A stretch of DNA of 64,000 nucleotides, from NCBI GenBank assembly GCA_023129115.1, contig JAGMCR010000002.1:32001-96000 (forward strand). Reading direction: 5' to 3'. Origin of the DNA: Candidatus Iainarchaeum sp. (GTDB lineage: Archaea; B1Sed10-29; WALL01). The notes beneath the pieces were generated by a model. That model was given only the letters and a program-made list of their open reading frames with translations, did not search any database and was not told where the DNA came from. The position numbers and the translations under genes were made by a program. Each line of letters opens with the position of its first letter. Positions within the stretch are counted from its first letter, which is position 1. Of the stretch, positions 18,297 through 28,586 are shown in pieces.

Positions 18297-19064
18297 ATGC
18301 TCCGCAAAAACCGATTGATATGGGAAAACCTCTACGAATTAAGCGAGGCCGAGGTAGTCCTGCTTGGAGTGCCGTTCGACGGCACGTGCACCGGCCTGCC
18401 AGGCGCGCGCCTTGCCCCGTCACGCATCCGCGAGGACTTCGACTTGTTCGTCGCAGGCCACGAAAAGGGCATCGGGGACCTCGGCGACGTGAAGCTCTAT
18501 GACGCCGGCGACGTGGACGTGGTGCACGGCTCGCCCGAAGACACTTTTGACCGAGTCGTGGAAGCGGTGCGCGAAATCCGCGACGAGACAAAAGCCCCAA
18601 TTATTACACTCGGCGGAGACCATTCTATCACTCTCCCCATCGTTTCCGCGCTCGCCGAGCTCGAAAAGTTCGGCTACGTGTGCTACGACGCGCACCTAGA
18701 CCTGCTTGATGACTTCAACGGCTACCCCAATAGCCACACGTGCGTGAACCGCCGCGTGATGGAAGTCGTCAAGGACGTCGAAATCGTGGGCGCGCGCGCC
18801 GGCAGCAAGGAAGAGTGGGCAGTAGCCAAGAAGCTGAGGCCAGTGAAGGGCAAGTGCTACGTAAGCATTGACGTGGACGTGCTCTCCGCAGTGCCCACGG
18901 GCACGCCGGTCCCGAGCGGCATGCAATTCCGCGACCTATGGACAAAAATAAGCAAGCGAAAAATTGTCGCTGCCGACATAATGGAGTACAACCCGTTGGT
19001 TGGCCACTCCACTGTCCCAGCCGAGCTCTTGAAGCGCCTCATCCTCAAGACGGGTAGAACATGA
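18297..19064 (+). CDS. speB: Agmatinase (ureohydrolase/arginase family)
   Basis: GVPFD, GGDHSIT, DAHLD, SIDVDVL, GTP, EYNP. Confidence 0.85.
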   Translation: MLRKNRLIWENLYELSEAEVVLLGVPFDGTCTGLPGARLAPSRIREDFDLFVAGHEKGIGDLGDVKLYDAGDVDVVHGSPEDTFDRVVEAVREIRDETKAPIITLGGDHSITLPIVSALAELEKFGYVCYDAHLDLLDDFNGYPNSHTCVNRRVMEVVKDVEIVGARAGSKEEWAVAKKLRPVKGKCYVSIDVDVLSAVPTGTPVPSGMQFRDLWTKISKRKIVAADIMEYNPLVGHSTVPAELLKRLILKTGRT

Positions 19065-19341
19065 CCACGCACTGGCCACTCGCGCACGCGAAATAGCCCT
19101 GCCCGCAGTCCACAGTGTTTGGCCTGCAGTCCAGGGTACAGGCGACGTCAGTGCAGTTCGGGGCGTTCAAAGTGTTCACCGAGCTGGTTGGGTGGCAGCA
19201 CTGCTCTGCGACGCAGTCCGCGTCGATTGTGCACATGCGCTTGTCGTCAGCTCCGCCTAGGCCTGCATTGATGTCTGCTGTTGGTGGAGTAAGGCACCCA
19301 ACAAGCATTGCCGCAAGAAGCACGGCAAGGATTGGTCTCAT
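19045..19341 (-). CDS. Small Cys-rich secreted or lipoprotein
   Basis: Signal with LVGC lipobox-like motif; CTIDADC...CCHP...CTLDC. Confidence 0.7.
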   Translation of the reverse strand: MRPILAVLLAAMLVGCLTPPTADINAGLGGADDKRMCTIDADCVAEQCCHPTSSVNTLNAPNCTDVACTLDCRPNTVDCGQGYFACASGQCVVMFYPS

Positions 19342-19374
19342 GAAAAAAAAGACGCCGAGGACGCATAAATAACT

Positions 19375-19497
19375 TTACTTTATCCTGTGCACCTTGCCGC
19401 ATTCGTCGCAAATGAGGTATTCCTTTCCCCTGCTGGCAATCGGATAAAGCGCAGTCGAGCCGCATGACTTGCATTCTTCAATCTTTTTGTCTACCAT
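19375..19497 (-). CDS. Small zinc-ribbon protein (40 aa)
   Basis: Read by hand: MVDKKIEECKSCGSTALYPIASRGKEYLICDECGKVHRIK (two CxxC); below the ORF-track cutoff. Confidence 0.7.
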   Translation of the reverse strand: MVDKKIEECKSCGSTALYPIASRGKEYLICDECGKVHRIK

Positions 19498-19571
19498 AGA
19501 AGTGCTCCCCTTCCCTTTAGAAGTTCCCCCCATACTATAGCTTATGTCTTAACACGTATAAAAGGCTATGT

Positions 19572-20243
19572 TTAAACAACCAGTTTGCCGTACGCGCACA
19601 GTTTGTTCAAAAAGCACTCCCCGCACTTCGGCCGATTCGCCGGGCAGACTCGCTGGCCGTGCTTCACGAGCCAGTCATTGATGCCGAGCCAATACTTTTT
19701 TGGGACGATGGCGCGGAGTGCACGCTCTGTCTGCTCCGGAGTCTTCGTTTCCACCCAGCCAAGCAAATTGCTAATCCTGTGCACGTGAGTGTCCACGCAC
19801 ATCGCCGGAATCCCGAACGCGTAAACAAGAGTGCAGTTCGCGGTTTTCCTCCCAACGCCAGGCAGTTCGACCAGGCCACTGATTGTTTTGGGTATTCCGG
19901 TCTTTTCCACGCGTTTCGCCAGCCCAATAACATTCCTTGCCTTGGTCTTGTACATCCCAACCGGTTTAATTAGCTTCTCGACCTCAGCCACAGAGGCCTT
20001 TGCCAGTTTCTTTGCTGTTGGGTAGTTGGCAAACAATTGCTTCGCGGCTTTGGCAGTGTTGACGTCCCTGGTTCGGGCGGACAACGCAGTAGCTACCACT
20101 GTTTGAAAAGGAGTCCAGTGTTTTACAACGGCTTTCAACCCACCGTAATGCCGCTCCAGCAGCCGGCAAGCGGCGGCTATTTCTTCTTCTTTTTCTTTGC
20201 CGCTTTTTTGGCCGGCTTTTTCTTTGTTCCGCATCCACCGCAT
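19572..20243 (-). CDS. nth: Endonuclease III
   Basis: HhH motif LPGVGRKTAN, VDTHVHR, C-x6-C-x2-C-x5-C Fe-S motif. Confidence 0.95.
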   Translation of the reverse strand: MRWMRNKEKAGQKSGKEKEEEIAAACRLLERHYGGLKAVVKHWTPFQTVVATALSARTRDVNTAKAAKQLFANYPTAKKLAKASVAEVEKLIKPVGMYKTKARNVIGLAKRVEKTGIPKTISGLVELPGVGRKTANCTLVYAFGIPAMCVDTHVHRISNLLGWVETKTPEQTERALRAIVPKKYWLGINDWLVKHGQRVCPANRPKCGECFLNKLCAYGKLVV

Positions 20244-20278
20244 GGCATAACCTCATCAAACACAAAACCAGTATTTAA

Positions 20279-20797
20279 TTACTTATCTTCGGCAACGTCG
20301 ACCACTGTTCCATGCGAAAACTTCGTAATTTCGGACGGGGCCAGCTTCAAGCCCACACACGGCGAGCCCGCCGAGCCAACGACCCACTCTTTTTCCAAGA
20401 GCTTCTCGTCGATGAACACCGGAATATCCGGCGGCACAGTCAAGGCGTCTACTCCCCCCGGCAGTCTGCCGAATAAGTCCTGGAGTTCATCACGCCTCGC
20501 CATCCGCACTTCCTTGAAATGAGCAGTTCTTTGGAGCTTTTTCATGCTGATGCGCACTTCACCAGAAGCAATAACCACTAAAGGCCGCCCCCTGGAAACA
20601 AAACACAAGCACTTAAGCACGTTGTCGGCAGAGCCGCTGTAAAGGTCAAGGTGTGACTGTAGGTTTGTTATTGGATGATCCGGATGCGCAATGAGTTTCG
20701 CGTCCATGTTGTTCATTTTCACAAACTCGAAGACCTTCTTCACGTTTTCTTCCCCAGGCACTCCAGCAAAATCTTGTTCTGAAGTGATTTCTTTCAT
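20279..20797 (-). CDS. YbaK/EbsC aminoacyl-tRNA editing domain protein
   Basis: VLKCL, GRLPGGV, GSAG; directly downstream of metG. Confidence 0.85.
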   Translation of the reverse strand: MKEITSEQDFAGVPGEENVKKVFEFVKMNNMDAKLIAHPDHPITNLQSHLDLYSGSADNVLKCLCFVSRGRPLVVIASGEVRISMKKLQRTAHFKEVRMARRDELQDLFGRLPGGVDALTVPPDIPVFIDEKLLEKEWVVGSAGSPCVGLKLAPSEITKFSHGTVVDVAEDK

Positions 20798-22752
20798 TCA
20801 ATCACGCTGCCTGGCTTTGCGTCCTTGTCAGGAACAAGCACTTGCCAGTCCGGCCCAGCAGCCAGAATCATCCCCTGTGATTCAACACCGCGGAGTTTCT
20901 TTGGTTCGAGGTTAGCGAGATACAACACTTTTTTGCCCTGGAGCGCTTTGGGTGCATAATTCTCTGCAAGCCCAGCCATAACCGTCCGCTCTCCCAACTC
21001 ACCAACGTCGAGCACGACCTTGTAAAGCTTGTCGCTCTTTTCAACGCGCTCCGCGCTCTTTACCTCAGCAATTCTTAAGTCCATTTTTTTGAAGTCCTCG
21101 TATTTCACGTAACTCACTTCCTCTTTTTTTCCGCCGAAGCGCTCCTCGTAATCCTTAACGCCGTCCAGCTTCGTGAACAGCGGCTTTGACTCGCCCAATG
21201 GGCCATTAACCGTAATCTCCGCAGCGTCTTCCCAACGCAACTCTTTCTCGCCAAGCAGCGCACGAATCTTCTTTGCGTCACCCGGGATGAACGGCTCCAA
21301 AAGAATGCTTGCGGACCGGCACACTGCAAGCGAAAGGTACAGCGTGTTCGCCCGCACGGCCTCGTTCTTCCACGGCTCCTGCTCGTTCAAGTACGCGTTG
21401 CCGTCCCGGACCAATGCAACAGCGCGCTTCAGCGCCTCGCGCAAGTGCGCCTTCTCCAATTCCTCCGCCACACTCGCCGGCGCCGCCTTGATTTTTTCGA
21501 TTAATTCCTTGTCCTTCGCGGTCCATTCCCCGTGCTCGGGCACTCCATCGAAGTACTTCTTGTTGAGCACGAGCGTCCGGTGCACGAAGTTCCCAACGAC
21601 GTCCGCCAATTCATTAACGCTTTTTTGGAACTGCTCCCATGTGAAGTCCGAGTCGTGCGTCTCCGGAGCCATTTGGATTAGTGCGTACCGCCACTGCGAC
21701 GCCGTGAACGGCAGGGACTGGCAGTCCTCCAGAGTCACGCCAACGCCCCTGCTCTTCGAGAACTTCCTGCCCTCGTAGTTAAGGTACTCTGCCCCGACGA
21801 CGTTGTATGGCAGGATGAACTCCTTCGTGCCCATTAGCATGGCTGGAAAAATAATCGTGTGGAACGGGATGTTGTCCTTGCCAAGGAAGTGCACGAGCCG
21901 CACGTCTTCCGCGGTCCACCAGTCGTGCCAGTGCTTACCGGTTTCGCCCGGCGCGTCTTTTGTTATAGCTATATATGCCACAGGTGCGTCAAACCACACA
22001 TACAGAATCTTGTCCTCGTAGCCCTTGAGCGGCACTTTCACGCCCCACTTCAAATCGCGGGTAATGCACCGCGGCTTCAGGTCGCCGACGAGCGAGACCG
22101 CCCAGTTAAGCACGTTGGGCGCCCAAAACTTTTTGGTGCCAAGCCACTCCTTCAGCTCCGGCGCGAACTTCGGCAGGTCAAGGAACAAGTGCTTGCTCGT
22201 GCGCAGCACGGCCCCACCGCCGCACACAACACACTTCGGCTCCTTCAATTCCTTTGGCTCCTGCAGCTTGCCGCACGAGTCGCACTGGTCCGCGTTGGTC
22301 TCTTCGCCGCACTTTGGGCACAGTCCCTTGACGTACCTGTCCGGCAGGAACCGCTTGCATTTGTCACAATACAGCTGCTCGACTTCTTGCTCGAAGACGT
22401 TTCCCGCGTCGTAGTTCTTCTTGAATATGTATTGGGTGAGCTCGTGGTTTGACGGGCTGGAAGTCCGCCCGAAGTTAGTGAATTCTATATCAAACCACTC
22501 GTAGTCCACCTTGTGCAGCGCGTGGTATTCCTCGCACCACTTTTCCGGCGTGACGCCGGCCTTCTCGGCGGCCAGTTCCGTCGCAGTGCCGTGCTCGTCG
22601 GTCCCGCAGATGTAAATCACTTCGTGGCCCTGCAGACTCAAATAGCGCGTGTAAATGTCCGGCGGCAGCAGACTGCCGATTAAGTGGCCGAGGTGCGGCC
22701 TGGAATTCACGTAAGGCAGTGCAGAAGTTACCAAATAACGGAAATTAACCAC
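20794..22752 (-). CDS. metG: Methionyl-tRNA synthetase with C-terminal tRNA-binding OB domain
   Basis: SALPYVN, HLGH, GTDEHG, Zn knuckles, GKDNIPFH, KFSKS, SQGMIL; start set to GTG 22752. Confidence 0.97.
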   Translation of the reverse strand: MVNFRYLVTSALPYVNSRPHLGHLIGSLLPPDIYTRYLSLQGHEVIYICGTDEHGTATELAAEKAGVTPEKWCEEYHALHKVDYEWFDIEFTNFGRTSSPSNHELTQYIFKKNYDAGNVFEQEVEQLYCDKCKRFLPDRYVKGLCPKCGEETNADQCDSCGKLQEPKELKEPKCVVCGGGAVLRTSKHLFLDLPKFAPELKEWLGTKKFWAPNVLNWAVSLVGDLKPRCITRDLKWGVKVPLKGYEDKILYVWFDAPVAYIAITKDAPGETGKHWHDWWTAEDVRLVHFLGKDNIPFHTIIFPAMLMGTKEFILPYNVVGAEYLNYEGRKFSKSRGVGVTLEDCQSLPFTASQWRYALIQMAPETHDSDFTWEQFQKSVNELADVVGNFVHRTLVLNKKYFDGVPEHGEWTAKDKELIEKIKAAPASVAEELEKAHLREALKRAVALVRDGNAYLNEQEPWKNEAVRANTLYLSLAVCRSASILLEPFIPGDAKKIRALLGEKELRWEDAAEITVNGPLGESKPLFTKLDGVKDYEERFGGKKEEVSYVKYEDFKKMDLRIAEVKSAERVEKSDKLYKVVLDVGELGERTVMAGLAENYAPKALQGKKVLYLANLEPKKLRGVESQGMILAAGPDWQVLVPDKDAKPGSVIE

Positions 22753-22780
22753 CTTTTGGAGGATATGAAAACGAGTGTTT

Positions 22781-22996
22781 TTAAAGCCAGCCCTTGTTCC
22801 GCAGCAGAATCCGCAGCACCACTGCCTCCATCGCCACGACCACGACGAAGAGCAGCGCAATCACCGACGCCAAAAACTCGACAGTGGCCTCGCCAATGGC
22901 CAGCCCAGTCACAGTCACCAGCAGTACCAAAAAAGCCGTCGCTGCCAGCCCCTTCATGAGGCTCTTCTCCCGCCGCGTCGAGCCCTTGGGATACAT
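22781..22996 (-). CDS. Small two-TM membrane protein
   Basis: Two hydrophobic helices; fills the gap between metG and the transporter. Confidence 0.55.
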   Translation of the reverse strand: MYPKGSTRREKSLMKGLAATAFLVLLVTVTGLAIGEATVEFLASVIALLFVVVVAMEAVVLRILLRNKGWL

Positions 22997-23026
22997 AGCC
23001 CCTCCCTACGGCGGCTGGGTTTTTAT

Positions 23027-24667
23027 ATGCCGCTCCCGAAATTATATTCGGTGTTTGATTCCATTGTCCCATTTGCATTAGGCCTATCCCTATTCCTGTA
23101 CGGGATAATCACGCTTAGTGGCGACCTCCAAAAGTTCGCGGGCAGCAAGGCAAGCGAGTACCTCCAGAAGGCGGCCGCCAACCCGTGGAGCGGCGCCTTC
23201 GTGGGAATGCTCGTCACCATGGTAATCCAGTCCAGCAGCGCCACCACAGTCATCGTCGTGAGCCTCGTGGACGCCGGGCTCCTGAGCTTCGTGCAGTCCC
23301 TCGGCATAATGTTCGGCGCCAACATCGGCACCACCATCACCGCCCAAATCGTCGCGCTCAAGGCCACGGCCCTCGCGCCCTTCTTCATAATAATCGGCTT
23401 CCTCCTCTCGACATTCACCAAGGGGCGGAACCGATTCATCGGCAACGCACTGTTCAGCCTCGGCATACTCTTCCTCGGCCTCGACTTCATGGGCCAGGGC
23501 ATCGCCCCAATAAAGTCCGACCCCGGCATCGCGAGCAGCCTGATGCTGCTCGACAATCCCCTGTACGCCCTCGCGCTGGCAGCAATATTCACTGGCATTG
23601 TCCAGTCCAGCAGCGTCACCACGAGCCTCATAGTCCTCATGGGAATGCAAGGGCTCCTGAACATCGGCCAGGCAATCCCAATGATAATCGGCGCCAACGT
23701 CGGCACCACCGTCACCGTAATGCTTGCGTCCACACGCCTCGGCCGCAACTCGAAGCGCGCGGCAATCGGCCACTTAATGTTCAACGCACTAGGCGCATTG
23801 CTGTTCATTCCATTCATGGGGCTACTCGCCCAGGTAGCGGCTGCGACCGCCGGCTCAACCGCCATGCAAATCGCGAACGCCCACACAATCTTCAATGTGG
23901 TCACGGCAGTCGCCGCGCTGCTGCTCATAAAGCCCTTCAGCGCTATGCTCATGCGGCTAATCCCACAAAGCGAAGAAGCAGAAGAGCACCGCGCCGTCCA
24001 CCTCAAGGAGCACGCGGGAGAGCCGTTCGTCGCGCTGGAACTGGTGGAGAAAGAGCTGCTCCGCCAGGGCAAAATCGTCCTCAAGATGCTCGACAAGGGA
24101 TACGCCACAATGTTCGAGCGCAACGAAAAGAAAATCCGCGAGGTCCAGAAGCTCGAGAACCTCGTGAACCACCTCCAGAAAGAAATCACCAACGCCCTTA
24201 TCAAGTCGTCCCGCCGCGAGCTCAGCAAGTACGACGCCCAGCGCGTCGCCGCCTACTCCAGAATGACCAACGAGATAGAGCGTGTCGGCGACCTGGCGAT
24301 GCACCTTGGCGGCGTCGCGCAGCGGTTGATTGACGAGGACACCAAGTTCTCGGCCCACGCGAAGAAAGACCTGGAAAAAATACACTCGCTATCGTTCGAG
24401 AGCTTCGAAAAAGCAGTGTCGCTCATCGAAAAGTACGACCGCGGCGCCTGCGACGAAGTCGTCCGCATCGAGGAGACCGTGGACTCGTTCATGCCGCGGC
24501 TCCACTCCGCGCACATGGGCCGCATGTGTGAGGGCCTGTGCAAGCCAGCCGCTGGCCAGGCTTACCCCGGCGTAATCCACATCCTGGAGCGCATTTCTGA
24601 CCACGCCAAGAACATCGCCCAAAAGACCAAGGCCCTCGAAAAAGCGCGGAAGCGCAACGGGAAGTGA
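23027..24667 (+). CDS. Na/Pi cotransporter family protein with PhoU-like domains
   Basis: QSSS twice, GANIGTT/GANVGTT, ERVGD/ERISDH. Confidence 0.93.
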   Translation: MPLPKLYSVFDSIVPFALGLSLFLYGIITLSGDLQKFAGSKASEYLQKAAANPWSGAFVGMLVTMVIQSSSATTVIVVSLVDAGLLSFVQSLGIMFGANIGTTITAQIVALKATALAPFFIIIGFLLSTFTKGRNRFIGNALFSLGILFLGLDFMGQGIAPIKSDPGIASSLMLLDNPLYALALAAIFTGIVQSSSVTTSLIVLMGMQGLLNIGQAIPMIIGANVGTTVTVMLASTRLGRNSKRAAIGHLMFNALGALLFIPFMGLLAQVAAATAGSTAMQIANAHTIFNVVTAVAALLLIKPFSAMLMRLIPQSEEAEEHRAVHLKEHAGEPFVALELVEKELLRQGKIVLKMLDKGYATMFERNEKKIREVQKLENLVNHLQKEITNALIKSSRRELSKYDAQRVAAYSRMTNEIERVGDLAMHLGGVAQRLIDEDTKFSAHAKKDLEKIHSLSFESFEKAVSLIEKYDRGACDEVVRIEETVDSFMPRLHSAHMGRMCEGLCKPAAGQAYPGVIHILERISDHAKNIAQKTKALEKARKRNGK

Positions 24668-24672
24668 CCGAT

Positions 24673-25761
24673 ATGGCGATAAAAAAGCTAGTCGCACTCA
24701 ACGCAGCGTTCACAGCGGCAGTCGGCCTCGGCTGGACGCTCTTCGTGCCCTACCTAGTGTCACTCGGCTACTCCTACCTCGACGTCATGCTGTTCTTCGC
24801 GGCGTTTTTCTCGTCTGCTCTCTTCGTTATGTTGTTCACGAGGAACTGGAAAATCAAGAACTACCTCACCCTCGGGCTTGGCACCCGCGCCCTGACTTTC
24901 CTCGCCGTCACTCAGGTCTCCCACCACTTCCACCTCTTCCTTGTCGCCATAATTTACTCGTTCATCATGACTGACTTTTGGGTCGTCTACAACTCACTCG
25001 TCGAAAAACAGACGACGAAGCACAACCGTGCGTTCACCAACAGCATTGTGATGGGCGCGGGCTTATTTGTGAACATAATCGCCCCGGTCGCCGCGGGGGT
25101 AATCGCGAGCCAGTACGGGTTCCACTGGGCGTTTGCCGCCGGCTTCCTCGCGATGCTGCCCACAATTTACCTTGCCCGGGGCCTCGGCGAAAAGCGCAGG
25201 CGCATAGACCTCTTCCCCGCACTTAAGTCCAACAAGCGCGTCCAGGAAATCATTTTCCTCGAGGGCTTCGCCCACGGCGCGTCATGGATTATTCCCATGG
25301 TCGTGACGCTCCAGTTCGTCACCGGCGTCGTGGAGTTCGGCGCGTTCTTTGCCTACCTCGCGCTCGCTGGAGCGGTTAGCGCATTGTTCCTGGGCAAGAA
25401 AAGCGACAAGGACGGCAACCGCGGGAGATACATAACGCCGGTCATGGTCTTCAGCGGCATAGCCCTCGCCGCCGCCGGATTCGCTGACTCCCTGCTCTTC
25501 TGGGCGGTTGCGATGGGCGCCAGCCGCTTCGTCGACAGCATAAAGTGGCCGTTCACGTGGACACTCATAACAGAGTCAGCCAAGACCATTGAGGAAGGCA
25601 TGCTCGTGCGCGAGTTCTGGCTCAACTCCGGCAGGATGGCCTCAATAATGGTGACAGTCGCGTGCCTCGCCTTCTTCGGCAGCGTGCAGTACGGGCTCGT
25701 CTTCGGCGGCGCAGCAGCCATGCTCTTCCCCGTCGCAATGAAGCTCAGGAAACTCGGATAA
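24673..25761 (+). CDS. MFS-type transporter
   Basis: About 12 TM helices, GKKSDKDGNR loop. Confidence 0.8.
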   Translation: MAIKKLVALNAAFTAAVGLGWTLFVPYLVSLGYSYLDVMLFFAAFFSSALFVMLFTRNWKIKNYLTLGLGTRALTFLAVTQVSHHFHLFLVAIIYSFIMTDFWVVYNSLVEKQTTKHNRAFTNSIVMGAGLFVNIIAPVAAGVIASQYGFHWAFAAGFLAMLPTIYLARGLGEKRRRIDLFPALKSNKRVQEIIFLEGFAHGASWIIPMVVTLQFVTGVVEFGAFFAYLALAGAVSALFLGKKSDKDGNRGRYITPVMVFSGIALAAAGFADSLLFWAVAMGASRFVDSIKWPFTWTLITESAKTIEEGMLVREFWLNSGRMASIMVTVACLAFFGSVQYGLVFGGAAAMLFPVAMKLRKLG

Positions 25762-27310
25762 CGCCAGGATAAACTTCCTCGAACTGCGCGAGCGCCGGGT
25801 AAAACCCCAGCTTTTTCTCGCGCTCCCCAACAAAAACGTAGTCGACATTGTTCTCCAGCAACAGCTCCCGCAATCGCCCTCCGTCACTCTCGCCGGTGAT
25901 TTGCTTCACCACCCCCCGATTGTCAAGCCCGTGGTACTGCACGCCGTAGTGCCCGCCGTAAAGAATCCTCCGGTGCGCCAAATACGGCACGCGCGGGAAC
26001 AAAGACCACTCCTCAAGGAAAATCGCGTCCTGCGGCGTGTTTTCCCTCGCCCACTCCAGCGCCGCCAGCTCCGAAGGCGCCGCCTGCCCGTATTGGTTTC
26101 CAGTGTACACGCCAACAAGCGCGACCGACGAAATGCACAGCAGCCCGGCGATGAGCACGCGTGGCGCATTGTCCAGACGAGGGCTCGCGAGCACCGCGAG
26201 CGGCAATGCCGCGTAAACCAAAAACCTGTACCCGTTCTGCGTCAGTGGAATCGCCACGAACAATGCCAATGCAATCCCCAGCCACGAAAGCAATGCGAGC
26301 AGCTCCGTCTTCCTGTTCCGCCACGCCAGCGCACCGAGCGGCAGCACTGTCAATGCAATCGTCGGCAATGCCTCGGGCCGAAACCCGAACGCCATGTGGC
26401 TTCCGCTCACCGACAGGAGCGGGAGCAGGAACGGAATCCCTAGCGCCATCCACGGCAGGAACCTAGGCTTTTTCCTGTTGATTGCGTGGTGCAGGAGAAT
26501 GGCACCGACCAGCACTGCCGCGGTCTGCAAGTGATAGCCGGCCAGCACCGCAAGCGTCACTCCCAACAGCTTATCCTGCTTCTTGAGGAAAAGGAACAGC
26601 GCGAACGCCATCAAGCCGAGTCCAATCGCCTGCGGCTGCGGCAAAAAGAAGAACAGCAGCGTGGGGTCGAACTTGAACCCCAGCGGCGCAAAGATTATTT
26701 CCTGGAACCCGGTGCCGAGCACCCAGCTCCCGCCCGCCAGGAGCATGAACAGCGCGCCGGCCCGCATGCCGCTCCTGAACAGCTTTTCGCCAACGAGATA
26801 GACCGACAAAAACAGCGCCAGCGCGGCCAGCGGAATCGCCGCCATCCCGGCCTCGCCGAGCAGCACGGTGAACAGCCAGTTGCCATTGATTGTGTGCCCC
26901 GGCGTGTAGCTGTCCTCTGGCGGGAACTGCGGCGACAGCCTGTACCACTCCGCGTTCGACATGTGCCACACCGCGTCTCCCGCGTGCGTCGGGTGCACCG
27001 CGGGCCCGGCGTACTGCAAGAGCACCAGCGCGACCAGCAATGCAAACACAAGCCCAACCGCGAGCGCCATTTTGTCCCTTTTCCCAATCGTTAGCCTCCC
27101 GCCCTTTCGGTAGAGCAGGTAGGCGACAAAAAACCCGAGTGGAACTACTGGCGCAAGGCCCATTGGCCTCGCCAACATCGCGGCGAACGGCAGCACAACC
27201 ATCGAGAGCGCGATGGACGCGGCCACGAGCTCGGCCAGCGAAAACTCTTTCCTCATCCGCGAATACAGCACAAGCCCCGGCACAATCAGCAGCGCGAGCG
27301 ACAGCATCAC
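25745..27310 (-). CDS. Multi-pass membrane protein, possible GT-C-fold glycosyltransferase
   Basis: Many TM helices, GDAVWH loop, C-terminal LEWARENTP...NVDYVFVGERE domain. Confidence 0.6.
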   Translation of the reverse strand: MMLSLALLIVPGLVLYSRMRKEFSLAELVAASIALSMVVLPFAAMLARPMGLAPVVPLGFFVAYLLYRKGGRLTIGKRDKMALAVGLVFALLVALVLLQYAGPAVHPTHAGDAVWHMSNAEWYRLSPQFPPEDSYTPGHTINGNWLFTVLLGEAGMAAIPLAALALFLSVYLVGEKLFRSGMRAGALFMLLAGGSWVLGTGFQEIIFAPLGFKFDPTLLFFFLPQPQAIGLGLMAFALFLFLKKQDKLLGVTLAVLAGYHLQTAAVLVGAILLHHAINRKKPRFLPWMALGIPFLLPLLSVSGSHMAFGFRPEALPTIALTVLPLGALAWRNRKTELLALLSWLGIALALFVAIPLTQNGYRFLVYAALPLAVLASPRLDNAPRVLIAGLLCISSVALVGVYTGNQYGQAAPSELAALEWARENTPQDAIFLEEWSLFPRVPYLAHRRILYGGHYGVQYHGLDNRGVVKQITGESDGGRLRELLLENNVDYVFVGEREKKLGFYPALAQFEEVYPGVIRVS

Positions 27311-27362
27311 TCATGTTACCGCGCCGGTGCTTTTAAATACCCCCGGCGAGTTATGCCCACCG

Positions 27363-28586
27363 ATGCGCTACGAGGACTACGTAGACACGCGCCACAAGCC
27401 CAGCCGCAGCGAAATGACCTGCGACTTTTACGCCGAGGGCGTGAGGGGCGTCAAGCCAAAGTGGCTCGCCGGAGGAATCGCTGCAGAAAGCTCGACCGGC
27501 ACATGGACAGAGCTCACGACCGAGAAGCCCTACATGAAAAAATTGGCAGCCCGGGTCTACAAAATCAAGAAGAGCGGGCGCGGCATGGACATAAGCATCG
27601 CCTACCCCCCCGAACTGTTCGAGGAAAACAACATGCCCAACATCCTGAGCAGCGTCGCCGGGAATATCTACGGGCTCAAGGAAGTCCGCTACCTCCGCAT
27701 GAACGGCCTCCGCCTCCCGAAAAAATTGGCCAAGTCCTTCAAGGGCCCCAAGTTCGGCATCAAGGGCGTCCAAAAAACGTTCGGCAAAAAAACGCCGCTC
27801 GTGGGCACAATCGTAAAGCCCAAGCTTGGCCTGCGCACCGCGGACCACGCCAAGGTCGCGTACGAGGCATGGGTCGGCGGGTGCGACGTCGTGAAGGACG
27901 ACGAGAACCTGAGCGGCCAGTCGTTCAACCGCGCCAAGAAGCGGATTGAAACGACTGTGAAATACAAGCGCCGCGCCGAAAAAGAGACGGGCGAGCGCAA
28001 GGGATACATGTTCAACGTCACTGCCGAGACCTTCGAGATGCTGAAGCGCACTAACATGGCGGCCGACCTGCGCAACGAGTACGTCATGATTGACATTCTT
28101 ACCGAGGGCTGGGGCGCGCTGCAGACCCTGCGCGACCATTCCCGGGGCCGCATAATCCACGCGCACCGCGCGGGCCACGCCGCCATAACAAAGCTGCCGT
28201 ACCACGGCATGTCCATGCCAGTGATTTGCACTATTTCCCGCACCATTGGCGTGGACCAATTGCACGTCGGCACGGCGGTCGGGAAAATGGGCGAGGACAA
28301 GCGGGAGGTCCTTGAGAACATCGCGGCGTGCAAGGAAAAGTACCACGGCATAAGGCCCGTGATGCCCGTCGCCTCCGGCGGCCTCAACCCGCTGCATGTC
28401 CCCGCGCTCTACAAGATATTCGGCAACGAAGTCATCATACAAATGGGCGGCGGAATACATGGCCATCCGTGGGGCACGCGCGCCGGGGCAAAGGCCGCCC
28501 GCGACGCACTCGACGCCGTGGTCCAGGGCAGGAGCATTCGCAATTATTCGAAGGAGCTTGACGAGGCAATCAGGAAGTGGGGATAA
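27363..28586 (+). CDS. rbcL: Form III (archaeal-type) RuBisCO large subunit
   Basis: AAESSTGTW, KPKLGL, KDDENL, HAHRAGHAA, GTAVGKM, SGG, GGGIHGHP. Confidence 0.95.
   Translation: MRYEDYVDTRHKPSRSEMTCDFYAEGVRGVKPKWLAGGIAAESSTGTWTELTTEKPYMKKLAARVYKIKKSGRGMDISIAYPPELFEENNMPNILSSVAGNIYGLKEVRYLRMNGLRLPKKLAKSFKGPKFGIKGVQKTFGKKTPLVGTIVKPKLGLRTADHAKVAYEAWVGGCDVVKDDENLSGQSFNRAKKRIETTVKYKRRAEKETGERKGYMFNVTAETFEMLKRTNMAADLRNEYVMIDILTEGWGALQTLRDHSRGRIIHAHRAGHAAITKLPYHGMSMPVICTISRTIGVDQLHVGTAVGKMGEDKREVLENIAACKEKYHGIRPVMPVASGGLNPLHVPALYKIFGNEVIIQMGGGIHGHPWGTRAGAKAARDALDAVVQGRSIRNYSKELDEAIRKWG

Noticed and set aside
14390-19064. Functional cluster of aIF5A and agmatinase (hypusine/polyamine link)
   Set aside because: They are separated by several unrelated genes and no deoxyhypusine synthase is in the window, so the proximity may be chance.
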